A stretch of 64,000 nt of DNA, taken from the IMG/VR virus record IMGVR_UViG_3300020331_000002; one strand, given 5' to 3'. A model generated the notes under the pieces. That model worked only from the letters and a program-made list of their open reading frames with translations, did no database searches and was not told the DNA's origin. Origin of the DNA: a virus (Duplodnaviria > Caudoviricetes). Position numbers and translations under genes: made by a program. Below are positions 36,632 through 46,740 of the stretch, piece after piece (position 1 is the stretch's first letter; every line of letters begins with the position of its first letter).

Positions 36632-39600
36632 ATGCAACGAATTCAAAATGTGGTTGCGCTCGGGACACCGGGCGAGCCTACCCCTATACCTGAAATTACA
36701 ATAGACGACGGCTCTGTCGTTGAAGGCTCCGGCACCGGCTCAACAATGCTAGTGTTTCCTATTCGCCTAACTGCGCCGTCTAATGCGTCAGTGCAAGTAT
36801 CATTTTCTACCGAAGTAACGGGTTCAGCTGCTAATGAAGCAACACCAGGCGACGACTATGATGCTGTATCCGGTGCTGTGTATACTATATCACCTGGACA
36901 AACTCAAGTAAATGCCATGGTCGCAATAAATCGTGACTTTGATGCAGAGTATGACGAATTTGTGCAAGCCCGTATCACATTTGTTTCCGGGCCCGGAAAC
37001 ACCACTATTGCTCGTAGCGTAGCCCGTGGCATTATCACAAATGATGATGGATCGATCGGCAACCCGTATACCGTTTCGCTATCTGGCAGCACAGTTACCG
37101 AGGGCGCACCCGGTGAGCATCCAAAATTAGAGTTTGTGGTTGATTTCGGCGCAGTGACTAACGTGCAGACAAGTTTTGACTTTGAAACACTACCAACCGG
37201 CACGGCTACTGAAGGTGTTGATTATCAGTATACCCAGACTACTGTGATCCACCCAAGCGGGTCTCGCTTTGCTTACGTGTATGTTGATATTATCGGCGAT
37301 GATGTTTTAGAAAGTGACGAGACTGTAGACGCCAGAATTTATAATTTAGTGGCGCCGACCGGTTCTACTATATCAGTAGACACCGCTACAGGTACAATAA
37401 GTGACAATGACGCGCCCTACGCTGTATCATTAGCTACTCACAGACCTTCAGAAACCGACAATGGCGCCGGGGTGTCTACTGCGATGTTCAGATTGATAGT
37501 ATCAGCACCAAACTACATCAGCGCGCCGAGGCGCTCGGGTGGCACGGTCAAATTTAGAACTCTGGATTCTGGCACAGCTACGCCGGGCGTTGACTTTGAG
37601 CCAGTCGATAATTATGTGGTGACTATCCCTGACGGATCAGTATATGCGTCTGATAGTATACCCGTTCGAATATACGGGGACTATAGCCCGGAGTCAGACG
37701 AAACGGTGGTTGGTGAAATATATGATTTGGACACTACTGATAACAGAGCGTTTATAGATACGGCACAAGCATCCGCAACTATTGTAGATAATGACCAGTA
37801 TGCGCCTTATCGTGTGGTACGAAGAAGTACATTGTATGATGAAGATGACGGGTCAGCTGTATTTCGCATAGAAAACACTAATCCGACCTCAAAGCCATTC
37901 GACGGTGCTACTGTTCAGATAACGTTTGAAACTTTTGTAAAAGGTGTTGCTAACGAAGCAGTACCGGGCACTGACTATGTGGCCAAGACCCAAACAGTTA
38001 CCTTTACTGATTCTTCTGCTACCTTTTTTGACATACCTGTTTCGCTTATAGACAACGAACAGTTAGATGGCAATAGGCAGTTATACGCAAGAATTAAAGA
38101 TATGGTTACTAACGATCCACGTGCTCAACTAGCATCAACCGAAACATACACGACCATACAAAACGAAGATACTGCATATTTTCCGTTACTGACAGGCTCT
38201 AGTCAGTCTGAGAGTTCGTCTAACTTGGTGTTTACTGTGCGAGCGTACTTCGAAGACGTGAACGGTAATTATGTTGGGTATAGTTCACCGCCTGAGCCTA
38301 TTACGGGTATGTTTAGAACGCTAGTACCAACACAAGCACAGATAGACAATCAGAACTATGCGGAGCCTGGCGTCGACTTTACGCCGGTAAATACCGGGTT
38401 CACTCTATCCGGATCGTCAGTTAACATAATTGTGCCTATTATTTCTGATCTTGACATTGAATCAACTGAATCTGTTATGGGTGAGATTTATAATATCCAG
38501 TCAGACTCACCTCGTGTTATAGTGGATAGAGTAGCAGACCACTCAGCTACTGGTACAATTACAAATGACGATCAACCAATTGTGTTTACTGTTGGTTACA
38601 CGGCATTAAATGTGTCTGAAGGCGATCCGGGCGATAACAGTAAAGCGAGATTCTACGTAACAAGTAACCGCGCTGTGGCGCCCGGTAAAACGATTAATGT
38701 GCGGTTGACTACAACGAGTAACGATCGTGGCTATACATACAGCGCAGGTGAAAGACTAGCAGTCGCAGGCGTTGACTACACTGCTATTGACCAAACACTG
38801 ACTTTTACTAATGCAGACGGTGTAGTAAGCGACTCAAGGAAGTTCGTTGATGTGCCTATTATCGACGACAACATAGAAGAAGAAGATGCGTTGGTGTTTG
38901 TCGAGATAGCAGAGATATCAGGCGACGACCCGCGCGGCGAAACTTCAACTAGTCGTGAATATGCTTGGGTACGTATTACAGACGAAGACTACCCGGCATT
39001 GCAAGTGACATGGCCTTACCCGGCTAATACTGGTGAAGAGTACTCCGCAAATCAACAACGAACGTTTTCTGAAGAAATAACAGTAAGCGGCGGTGACGGC
39101 AATTACTCCCATGTGTGGTATGTCGACAAGCCGTCACTAGTTACCGAGTTTAATGGTAATCTGCTTACTAACTATACCGTTCGTGTTAAAGAGTTCACAG
39201 GTGCAGACGAGCTCATAACAGTAGGGTTAGATGTTAGTTCCACTGACGGTCAAACGGTAACGAACACGACCACTATTACCGCACTATCGCTGGGCGCACC
39301 GATAACATATGATAGAATGACCGTTATAGAGAGCCCATGGGCTCCTGAATATGTGTTTGATATCGGCTCGCCTTATCGAAACACGCGGGTATCTGCAAGT
39401 AAGCCGCCATGGAGTACGCCACCTACGCCGTCTGATCCCAGTGAGGCAGCAACAGGCAGAGGCATAAGTGTTATTGAGTTTGACTCGGCCATTAACTTGC
39501 GTGCTGTCAAGTTCCTAGTAGGCGCCGACGGCGCAGGCGAACCGACTCGTTTCAGAGTAAGGTACTGGACAGGCACTGAATGGGCTATAGCACATGGCGG

Positions 39601-39745
39601 ATATTACTTTTCTCGGAATTCAGGAAATACCGTTCAAATTCTTCCACTTAACTCGGTGACTACTACTAAGATAGAGATAGCTACCGGCAACGTGCCATCA
39701 GGTACAGTTTTATATATGACATATATTGACATATATGGTACTTGA
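36632..39745 (+). CDS. Calx-beta repeat protein (6 repeats) with C-terminal F5/8C-like domain; putative virion adhesin
   Basis: repeated V.EG...TAT.G.DY...TI.NDD units; late promoter. Confidence 0.85.
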   Translation: MQRIQNVVALGTPGEPTPIPEITIDDGSVVEGSGTGSTMLVFPIRLTAPSNASVQVSFSTEVTGSAANEATPGDDYDAVSGAVYTISPGQTQVNAMVAINRDFDAEYDEFVQARITFVSGPGNTTIARSVARGIITNDDGSIGNPYTVSLSGSTVTEGAPGEHPKLEFVVDFGAVTNVQTSFDFETLPTGTATEGVDYQYTQTTVIHPSGSRFAYVYVDIIGDDVLESDETVDARIYNLVAPTGSTISVDTATGTISDNDAPYAVSLATHRPSETDNGAGVSTAMFRLIVSAPNYISAPRRSGGTVKFRTLDSGTATPGVDFEPVDNYVVTIPDGSVYASDSIPVRIYGDYSPESDETVVGEIYDLDTTDNRAFIDTAQASATIVDNDQYAPYRVVRRSTLYDEDDGSAVFRIENTNPTSKPFDGATVQITFETFVKGVANEAVPGTDYVAKTQTVTFTDSSATFFDIPVSLIDNEQLDGNRQLYARIKDMVTNDPRAQLASTETYTTIQNEDTAYFPLLTGSSQSESSSNLVFTVRAYFEDVNGNYVGYSSPPEPITGMFRTLVPTQAQIDNQNYAEPGVDFTPVNTGFTLSGSSVNIIVPIISDLDIESTESVMGEIYNIQSDSPRVIVDRVADHSATGTITNDDQPIVFTVGYTALNVSEGDPGDNSKARFYVTSNRAVAPGKTINVRLTTTSNDRGYTYSAGERLAVAGVDYTAIDQTLTFTNADGVVSDSRKFVDVPIIDDNIEEEDALVFVEIAEISGDDPRGETSTSREYAWVRITDEDYPALQVTWPYPANTGEEYSANQQRTFSEEITVSGGDGNYSHVWYVDKPSLVTEFNGNLLTNYTVRVKEFTGADELITVGLDVSSTDGQTVTNTTTITALSLGAPITYDRMTVIESPWAPEYVFDIGSPYRNTRVSASKPPWSTPPTPSDPSEAATGRGISVIEFDSAINLRAVKFLVGADGAGEPTRFRVRYWTGTEWAIAHGGYYFSRNSGNTVQILPLNSVTTTKIEIATGNVPSGTVLYMTYIDIYGT

Positions 39746-39875
39746 TTTATGAATGAAAATGCCTTATTATAGATTCTAACAACAAGATTGGATAAAAAGT
39801 AAAAATTATCCAACGACAAAACAGAAAGCAAGTCCTAAGAGACTGCCAATAATAATAACAATAATAAGGCATTTT
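39742..39875 (+). promoter_or_regulatory. sigma70 promoter plus 15-bp long-range IR masking the nuclease RBS
   Basis: TTGATT-17-TATTAT; AAAATGCCTTATTAT(39756-70) is the exact reverse complement of ATAATAAGGCATTTT(39861-75); inner TTGGATAA/TTATCCAA hairpin. Confidence 0.85.
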
Positions 39876-39879
39876 GCAC

Positions 39880-41157
39880 ATGACTGACAATACACCATAC
39901 GTACCCGATCCATCTGAGTTTGCATCCATGTTTTTAGGTGTGGCGATGAATTTAAAAGAGCGCCAAAAACAACAAGAGGCCGACTATGTTGATGTGTCTA
40001 AATTCATTACCATGAATGATCGTGATAATGATTTTGACATAACAAAACGATCGTCCATGCACTTCTTAGGACACGATGCCCCGAACGGTTATGATATCCT
40101 CCCGGCTGTTGATTTAGGCGGCCTAGCCAACACAGATAAAAACGGGTACGATATGTTTATGCAGGTAGATGGCAGAATTGTCCCGGCCGAATTAAAATCC
40201 ACATCACTTAGTCCGACTGACCGTAATAACGAATATTGCTTAGACGTAATGTCGCGACTATGCAAGCGTGTGGCATCCGGTGATTCATTTACGTTAGTGC
40301 CGCTTGAACAAGCACTAACTATCAGTTTTAAAATTAAAACCCACTCAACCATGATGCTGAAACACTGCGACTGTTACTTGTACTTATTTGACGGTGACGC
40401 TCGTTCAGATGTTATCCAAATTTGGAAAGTCGCTGGTGACCGCATCCTGGCATTCTTAGAAGAAAGACTTAACTTTGACAGCAAAGGACGTTTAAGAGGC
40501 GGATCCGGCGCGGTGAGTGTTCCTTTACAATTCTTCATAGACAACGGGTATGTAGTTCCGCCAATGTCAAGCAAGCAGTACGGTTGGGAGAATGCTCTTA
40601 GAGTATTACGCGAGCACTGTGACTATGACTTTAGAACAGACCAGCCAGGCCAGAAAAATGGCGAACAATTTATCAAGTATTTGTCACCGGCACTAGATAA
40701 AGAAACAAACGAAACATTTAAACAACTACTAGAGCACCGCGGTCCTACCGACTCCGAAACTAAGTTTGCAATTAACAAGCTACTTACTGAACGTGGTCTA
40801 GACACTAGTCGTGTAATTATGACGGTGGTTAACAAAACCAAAGACGGCAAACGTATGTACTTTATGTCCGGGGCACTACAAAAGAAAGGCAAGCCCGGCG
40901 ACGTGTTAATGATGCTTATGTACGAAGACATCTCCCAAAAAACATATATGGCGGTTGTACCACACCACGAGTATGTCACTACGTATAACGGCCGCTTGTA
41001 CCTTAATCAAGCCGACGGTACTTATGCACCTCGCCCAAGACAGTCTAAAAGGGGCGATACTCTTGAAATGTATAACTTTCTTGTAAAAGATGTACATGAC
41101 GCACTTGAAACAATTGAAGTGTATTTGAACGAAGAAGCGCCTGCTTCTGATAAATAA
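39880..41157 (+). CDS. PD-(D/E)XK superfamily endonuclease-like protein
   Basis: GYDMF......VPAELKST (D...ExK) core. Confidence 0.6.
   Translation: MTDNTPYVPDPSEFASMFLGVAMNLKERQKQQEADYVDVSKFITMNDRDNDFDITKRSSMHFLGHDAPNGYDILPAVDLGGLANTDKNGYDMFMQVDGRIVPAELKSTSLSPTDRNNEYCLDVMSRLCKRVASGDSFTLVPLEQALTISFKIKTHSTMMLKHCDCYLYLFDGDARSDVIQIWKVAGDRILAFLEERLNFDSKGRLRGGSGAVSVPLQFFIDNGYVVPPMSSKQYGWENALRVLREHCDYDFRTDQPGQKNGEQFIKYLSPALDKETNETFKQLLEHRGPTDSETKFAINKLLTERGLDTSRVIMTVVNKTKDGKRMYFMSGALQKKGKPGDVLMMLMYEDISQKTYMAVVPHHEYVTTYNGRLYLNQADGTYAPRPRQSKRGDTLEMYNFLVKDVHDALETIEVYLNEEAPASDK
41151..41156 (+). promoter_or_regulatory. late promoter core TAAATA
   Basis: 27 nt upstream of ATG 41184. Confidence 0.5.
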
Positions 41158-41183
41158 AAACTATAAAAAGAAGGAAACTGAAA

Positions 41184-41456
41184 ATGTCAGACGAAAGACC
41201 AAATGTACGCCACTATAACCAGGAAGACAAGGAGCGCCTCAAAAAGCTGGTTAGAGAAGGGGTAGCGGTGAAACAAGAAGTTAAGGACCTTAACGACGGT
41301 TTAGCCGACGCGGTGAAGGCAGTTGCTGAGGAACTAGACATTCCTGCATCGCAGCTGAAGAAAGCGATTACTATTGCGCACAAACAGAACCTAAGTGATG
41401 AGCGTGCTAAGTTTGAAGAAGTCGAAGACATCTTAGAAACTATAGGATTCAAGTAA
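41184..41456 (+). CDS. dsbA: T4 DsbA-like / GapR-like double-stranded DNA-binding protein
   Basis: helical 90 aa: LKKLVREG..VKQEVKDLND.L.D.VKAVAEELDIPASQLKKAI. Confidence 0.7.
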   Translation: MSDERPNVRHYNQEDKERLKKLVREGVAVKQEVKDLNDGLADAVKAVAEELDIPASQLKKAITIAHKQNLSDERAKFEEVEDILETIGFK

Positions 41457-41457
41457 A

Positions 41458-41793
41458 ATGAGCCAAGACACACAACACACTCTTATCAGTACTGCTGAAG
41501 AAATTGAATCGAACCAAGAAGCTGCGGCATTTGCGAGCAAGCTTTACAGCGACAACGATGACTCTACTGTTGATATTGACTTAACTTTCGATACTCAACG
41601 AGTTCTTATCGCGACAAAGCTGAGCGAATTAATTAGTGAGACATCACGGCGACATTTCGTTAGCCAGCTACAGAAACATGGTGATGTGTGTCTTGCAGCC
41701 GGTGAAGCCATACTAAACGAAGGCATCATCGACACACTACAAGCCGCAATTGACCACGGTGTATTTGACACAGACGAAGGCAGCGAAGAATGA
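41458..41793 (+). CDS. acidic hypothetical protein
   Basis: 111 aa in operon. Confidence 0.7.
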   Translation: MSQDTQHTLISTAEEIESNQEAAAFASKLYSDNDDSTVDIDLTFDTQRVLIATKLSELISETSRRHFVSQLQKHGDVCLAAGEAILNEGIIDTLQAAIDHGVFDTDEGSEE

Positions 41794-42758
41794 GAAAGAA
41801 CGTACTTGTGCTGGGCTTAGGAATAGGCTCAGTTTATGTTGACGAATTGTCCAAGACCCATGATGTGGACACTCTTGACAATAATCCGGAGTTAGACACG
41901 ACATACAATGAGTTATCTGATCTTGAGGTCATTGATCGCAAGAAGATGTACGACATTGCTATTGTGTGTTTGCCTAATTTCCTACACGAACCAGCAATCG
42001 AAGCGCTGCGAGATTTGGCTGATATCATCCTTGTAGAAAAGCCAGGCTTACCATCTCTTCCTGAATGGCAACGCATGCGCACTGAATGTGAAGTTGAAGG
42101 CACACGACTAGTGATGGCCAAGAACAACATGTACAGAAAAGGTTTAGGTGAGTTCTTTGACTTGGTTGATGTAATGATCGATCATGGCAGCGTCAAAAAG
42201 GTCTGTATTAGTTGGGTCAACAACGCCCGTATTCCTAATCCCGGATCATGGTTTACTGACAAAGACAAAGCCTGGGGCGGCGTTGGCCGCGATCTTATGC
42301 CGCACTTGTTAAACGAACTATTCATGACAATGTACACCGATCCTGCAGATGAGCCATGCGACTGGATCAAGTCCGCAAAACTCACACAACGCTACGATAT
42401 AGACAGCGCATCAAAGTTATGTGGTGATCCGGAATACGCGAATGGTGATGCCACAGGCGTTTATAACGTAGACGATCGAGCTGTGATAGTTGCAGAAGAC
42501 GACGGTGTGGAATACCATCTCACTGCTGACTGGGCACACGACTATGGCGCCGAAGATGTAGGCATATCAGTTGAGCTTACCGAAGGTTATATGCTGTATC
42601 GTTTAGGCTTATGTCCTAACGAGTGCTACGGTGATATGGTAAACACGATGCTCGCGTTTGTTGACGATCAAACATTCTGGGAAGAACAAGCCGAGATTGA
42701 CGATTTCACGCTAGGTGCAATCGACTATTTGTATGAAAATGGAGGCGAAAATGTCTGA
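41790..42758 (+). CDS. Gfo/Idh/MocA-family oxidoreductase
   Basis: VLGLGIG Rossmann motif, CLPNFLH, ILVEKPG, GGVGRDLMPH. Confidence 0.85.
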   Translation: MRKNVLVLGLGIGSVYVDELSKTHDVDTLDNNPELDTTYNELSDLEVIDRKKMYDIAIVCLPNFLHEPAIEALRDLADIILVEKPGLPSLPEWQRMRTECEVEGTRLVMAKNNMYRKGLGEFFDLVDVMIDHGSVKKVCISWVNNARIPNPGSWFTDKDKAWGGVGRDLMPHLLNELFMTMYTDPADEPCDWIKSAKLTQRYDIDSASKLCGDPEYANGDATGVYNVDDRAVIVAEDDGVEYHLTADWAHDYGAEDVGISVELTEGYMLYRLGLCPNECYGDMVNTMLAFVDDQTFWEEQAEIDDFTLGAIDYLYENGGENV

Positions 42759-43713
42759 GAAGATTAGATACCTGCACGCCTATGGCGACAGAAAGATTGT
42801 GTTTAGTGAAATAGACAAACCTTCTTGTCCTGATAACGGCGTATTAGTAAAAACTATTATGACTGGTGTATGTCGTTCAGACGTAGCACAGTACCTTGGT
42901 GATGAAAAAGGCGTGCCGTTTGGTATGTTCGGTCACGAAGGTCTTGGCGAAGTAGTTGAGATTGGTAAAGATTGCCATAAACCGGGACTAAAAATCGGTT
43001 CTATAGTCAGCACTTGGAGCGACCCCGCGTATGCTGATTACTATCCGGCCAAGATGAATGAGTTTGTTATTGTCCCGGAAGCTGATCCTAAGTATATCTT
43101 GCAGCCGGTGGCATGTGCGATCAACATTCTCATGCAGACTATTAAATTCATGGAGCGCATGAATTTAGAAGGCGAAGAAATCCTGCTTCTTGGCACTGGC
43201 TTTATGAGTACTATCATCGGTGACGCTGCTAAAGCCCGCGGGATTGACATGACTGTCGTCGGTCGCGCTAATACCGAGAAGTGGGATTCGCTTGGTTTTA
43301 AACGTTACGACACCAGTGCTGAATTGTGTGACGAAATAAAAAATAAAACGCGTAAAAATTTTAGTGTAGTCATAGACTTATCGTCAAAAGAAGAAAACTT
43401 TTACGCCATTTCTGAAACCCTTGCTGGTGACGAAGCGTTAATATGTTATGCAGGCACTCCTATGAGTGATGTGAAAACAAACTTCTTTGCCAACTGCTGG
43501 AAATGTCATACGTTAATTATGCCTAGCCCCAGAAACCGTGACTTTAATGATAGTATGGCAGAGTCTGCGAAACTTATTGAAGAAGGTGTTCTTGACACAG
43601 AAAAGCTTTGGACTTGCGGTTATACCCGTGATGTTGAAGCTGACGTGATTCAAGCATTTGAAGACGGGTCTGAAAGGACACCGGATTATATCCGGGGCTA
43701 CATTGTCTGGTAA
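42751..43713 (+). CDS. Zn-dependent medium-chain dehydrogenase (GroES-like ADH)
   Basis: GVCRSD, GHEGLG, QPVAC, LGTGFM; lacks the structural-Zn loop; SD GGAGG before ATG 42751. Confidence 0.85.
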   Translation: MSEKIRYLHAYGDRKIVFSEIDKPSCPDNGVLVKTIMTGVCRSDVAQYLGDEKGVPFGMFGHEGLGEVVEIGKDCHKPGLKIGSIVSTWSDPAYADYYPAKMNEFVIVPEADPKYILQPVACAINILMQTIKFMERMNLEGEEILLLGTGFMSTIIGDAAKARGIDMTVVGRANTEKWDSLGFKRYDTSAELCDEIKNKTRKNFSVVIDLSSKEENFYAISETLAGDEALICYAGTPMSDVKTNFFANCWKCHTLIMPSPRNRDFNDSMAESAKLIEEGVLDTEKLWTCGYTRDVEADVIQAFEDGSERTPDYIRGYIVW

Positions 43714-43721
43714 GGTAACTA

Positions 43722-46655
43722 ATGTATATTGACGCAATAAAAGACGCTAAGAATAATAAAATACACACGGTCAACAGGGTTAACGGCGAACGAATTTATA
43801 AGTCGTACCCGATCGACTGGTCTTTTTATTACGACGATTCAACCGGCGAACACATGAGTTGGTATAATACACCAGTCAAGAAAGTGGAGCCGACAAGTGC
43901 CGCTGACTTTAAAAAGTTGGTGGGGTCTTTTGGTAATCGTAGACTTTACGAGTCTGACGTTAACCACGTGTTTAGATGCTTAGAGCAGCATTACCCTGAT
44001 ACGAGTCAGAGTCCCGACTTGCATGTTGCTTTTTTCGATATCGAGACTGACTTTGACGAAGAAATGGGATATTCGTCACCGACAGAAGCATTTAATCCTA
44101 TTACGTCAATTGCTGTATACTTGCAATGGTGTAATACTATGGTGTGTTTGGCAGTGCCGCCTCCTACGTTATCGTGGGAAGAGGCAAAAGCCATTGCAGC
44201 GCAGGTCCCTGATGTCATACTGTGCGCCACCGAGAAAGAAATGCTACAAGATTTCTTGAGCATTATTGAAGATGCTGACGTATTGTCTGGCTGGAACAGT
44301 GCAATGTACGATATTCCGTACACTATTCACCGCTTGCAGAAAACTATAGGCGGCGAAGCTGCACGACAAATGTGCCTTTGGGGACACATGCCACAGCGCA
44401 AGAAAGTGAATCACTTCGGTAAAGAAGAAGTGACATATTCGCTTATAGGACGACAGCATTTGGATTATCTTGATCTGTACAAGAAGTACACGTATGAAGA
44501 GAAACAAAGTTACAAGCTGAACTCAATTGCTGAAGCCGAGTTAGGCGAGCAGAAAGTCGAGTACCAAGGCACGCTTGATGACCTGTACAAGAAAGACTTT
44601 AAAAAGTTTTTAGAGTACAACATTCAAGATACCAAGCTACTTGATAGCCTAGACGAAAAGCTCAAGTATATTGACCTGGTTAACACCATTGCACACAACA
44701 ACCAGGTGCCGATCCAAACAGCACTGGGCACAGTGTCTATGATGGAACAGGTCATCACTGTTGAAGCACATAACAACGGGTTTATAGTTCCGGACAAACG
44801 TAAAGATATTACGGACGACGGGCAAGCCGCAGGCGGATGGGTTAGTAGGCCTAAAAAGGGATTACACCGCTGGGTAGGCAGCTCGGATTTGAACTCACTT
44901 TATCCGTCAGTTATCCGTGCATTTAACATGAGTCCTGAAACGATTGTTGGGCAAGTAGATATGTCTTACACTCGTAGTTGTGTTGAAGAATATATCGCTA
45001 AAGGATCCAAGTATACATTCTCCGGCTGGTGGAATGATCGTTTCAATATTCTTGAAATGGAAGCGTTTTATGACGGCAGCAAGACTACGCCTGTTAAACT
45101 ACACATTGAAGACAACGGCAAGAAGGGGCCTATACTTGATATAACAGGGCGTGAATTACGTGATGTTATTTTCAGTGAAGATCATGACTGGTGTATAAGT
45201 GCTAACGGGACTATATTTGATAATAGTCGTCAAGGTACTGTGCCCAGCTTGCTTTCAAGATGGTATAACGAACGTAAACAATTACAGAAAGTAATGAAAC
45301 GTCTAAAGTTCCTTGCAGCGGCCAACTATGAAGTGCCCAGCGATCTAGTTGCGCACTTTGCAGCTGATGAAGAAAAAGAACTTACCAAGAACGACGTTTA
45401 CGACTTTCCGCTTGATGCGTTTGACGAGATGGTCAACAACAAAGACGTTGAGACACTTAAAAGCTTTATGGACACATGGGGCTTGACTGTACACAACGGC
45501 CACTTTGCACCTTGTCCTGCTTGGAAGACTGCGTACACGTATGCCTGTGACTATTGGGATAAACAACAATTAGTTCGTAAGATTAACCTGAACTCGTGTT
45601 ACGGCGGACTATTGAACGCGCACATGAAGTTCTACGATCAGCGAATTGGTCAGAGTACTACGCTAAGTGGCCGTTCAATCACACGTCACATGACTGCTAA
45701 GACTGCTGAATTGCTTGAAGGCAAATACGACATAGAAGACGTGAAGTCTATTATCTACAACGATACTGACTCTGTGTATTTCTCAGTATGGCCTGTAATC
45801 AAAGACAAGGTAGAAGCGGGTGAAATGGAATGGAACAAAGACATAGCTGTGAAGCTGTATGACGATGTATCCGATCAGGTGAGCGATACTTTCCCTGAGT
45901 TCCTTAAAACGAAGTTTAATGTACCCGAACACCGCGGTTCTATTATTGCAAGTGGGCGTGAAATTGTTGCTGAGTCTGGATTGTATATTACCAAGAAACG
46001 TTATGCTGCTCTAGTGTATGACGATGAAGGTGTTAGACGCGATACAGACGGCAAGCCCGGTAAACTAAAAGCCATGGGTCTTGACTTGCGACGAAGCGAC
46101 ACCCCTGTTTATATCCAGGAATTTTTAAAAGAGATTCTGTTGGATACGCTACAGAACAAAGGTGAAAGCTATGTCGTTGACAAGATACTTGACTTTAAGA
46201 AAAACGTACAAGGCAAGCTCAAGCCGTGGCAGCGAGGAGTACCGAAAGCTGTAAACGGCATGTACAAGTATACCAAAAAGAAAGAACAACACATCGAGAA
46301 TCTGATGCGCGGTGTGAAGTCATCCTTGGCTATCCCGGGTCACGTACAAGCTAGTTTCAACTGGAACGAGTTGCTTGAATCCAATGGCGACATGGAGTCT
46401 ACTAAGATAACAGACGGCACGAAAGTTATTGTATGTTACTTAAAGACTAACGAGCGCAACTATACGTCTGTTGCGTACCCGGTGGACCAGTCACGTTTAC
46501 CTACTTGGTTTACTGATTTGCCATTTGACGTTGATGACATGGAAGAACGTGTTCTTGACAAGAAAGTAAGTAACTTACTTTCGGTGCTTAAGTGGGACTT
46601 AAGCATGGCTAGTAAACAAGGCGAGGTATTTGGTAACTTGTTTACTTTTAATTAA
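43722..46655 (+). CDS. polB: family B DNA polymerase
   Basis: FFDIET exonuclease motif, DLNSLYPS, KINLNSCYG, YNDTDS, KKRYA. Confidence 0.95.
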   Translation: MYIDAIKDAKNNKIHTVNRVNGERIYKSYPIDWSFYYDDSTGEHMSWYNTPVKKVEPTSAADFKKLVGSFGNRRLYESDVNHVFRCLEQHYPDTSQSPDLHVAFFDIETDFDEEMGYSSPTEAFNPITSIAVYLQWCNTMVCLAVPPPTLSWEEAKAIAAQVPDVILCATEKEMLQDFLSIIEDADVLSGWNSAMYDIPYTIHRLQKTIGGEAARQMCLWGHMPQRKKVNHFGKEEVTYSLIGRQHLDYLDLYKKYTYEEKQSYKLNSIAEAELGEQKVEYQGTLDDLYKKDFKKFLEYNIQDTKLLDSLDEKLKYIDLVNTIAHNNQVPIQTALGTVSMMEQVITVEAHNNGFIVPDKRKDITDDGQAAGGWVSRPKKGLHRWVGSSDLNSLYPSVIRAFNMSPETIVGQVDMSYTRSCVEEYIAKGSKYTFSGWWNDRFNILEMEAFYDGSKTTPVKLHIEDNGKKGPILDITGRELRDVIFSEDHDWCISANGTIFDNSRQGTVPSLLSRWYNERKQLQKVMKRLKFLAAANYEVPSDLVAHFAADEEKELTKNDVYDFPLDAFDEMVNNKDVETLKSFMDTWGLTVHNGHFAPCPAWKTAYTYACDYWDKQQLVRKINLNSCYGGLLNAHMKFYDQRIGQSTTLSGRSITRHMTAKTAELLEGKYDIEDVKSIIYNDTDSVYFSVWPVIKDKVEAGEMEWNKDIAVKLYDDVSDQVSDTFPEFLKTKFNVPEHRGSIIASGREIVAESGLYITKKRYAALVYDDEGVRRDTDGKPGKLKAMGLDLRRSDTPVYIQEFLKEILLDTLQNKGESYVVDKILDFKKNVQGKLKPWQRGVPKAVNGMYKYTKKKEQHIENLMRGVKSSLAIPGHVQASFNWNELLESNGDMESTKITDGTKVIVCYLKTNERNYTSVAYPVDQSRLPTWFTDLPFDVDDMEERVLDKKVSNLLSVLKWDLSMASKQGEVFGNLFTFN

Positions 46656-46664
46656 AACGGAATC

Positions 46665-46697
46665 CGACTTGACAAAAACTGTCAAGTCGCGTATAAT
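46665..46697 (+). promoter_or_regulatory. consensus sigma70 promoter with a 10-bp perfect palindrome over the -35
   Basis: TTGACA(46669)-17-TATAAT(46692); CGACTTGACA-aaaac-TGTCAAGTCG. Confidence 0.85.
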
Positions 46698-46740
46698 ACA
46701 TCAGATAATAATAAGAAGAAGCCTAGGAGCTCACACACAT

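Noticed and set aside
39847-39868. AAT/AAC-repeat leaders as Hfq (ARN)n sites (also near 5918, 47515, 53570)
   Set aside because: A-rich unstructured leaders are ordinary translational enhancers, and nothing here separates Hfq binding from background composition.
45261-45773. Intein or novel insertion in the polymerase fingers (about 86 aa) and YNDTDS instead of YGDTDS
   Set aside because: No intein splice motifs or homing-endonuclease signature. T4/RB69-type polymerases also have long fingers, and the catalytic DTDS is intact. Not enough to claim adaptation to modified bases.
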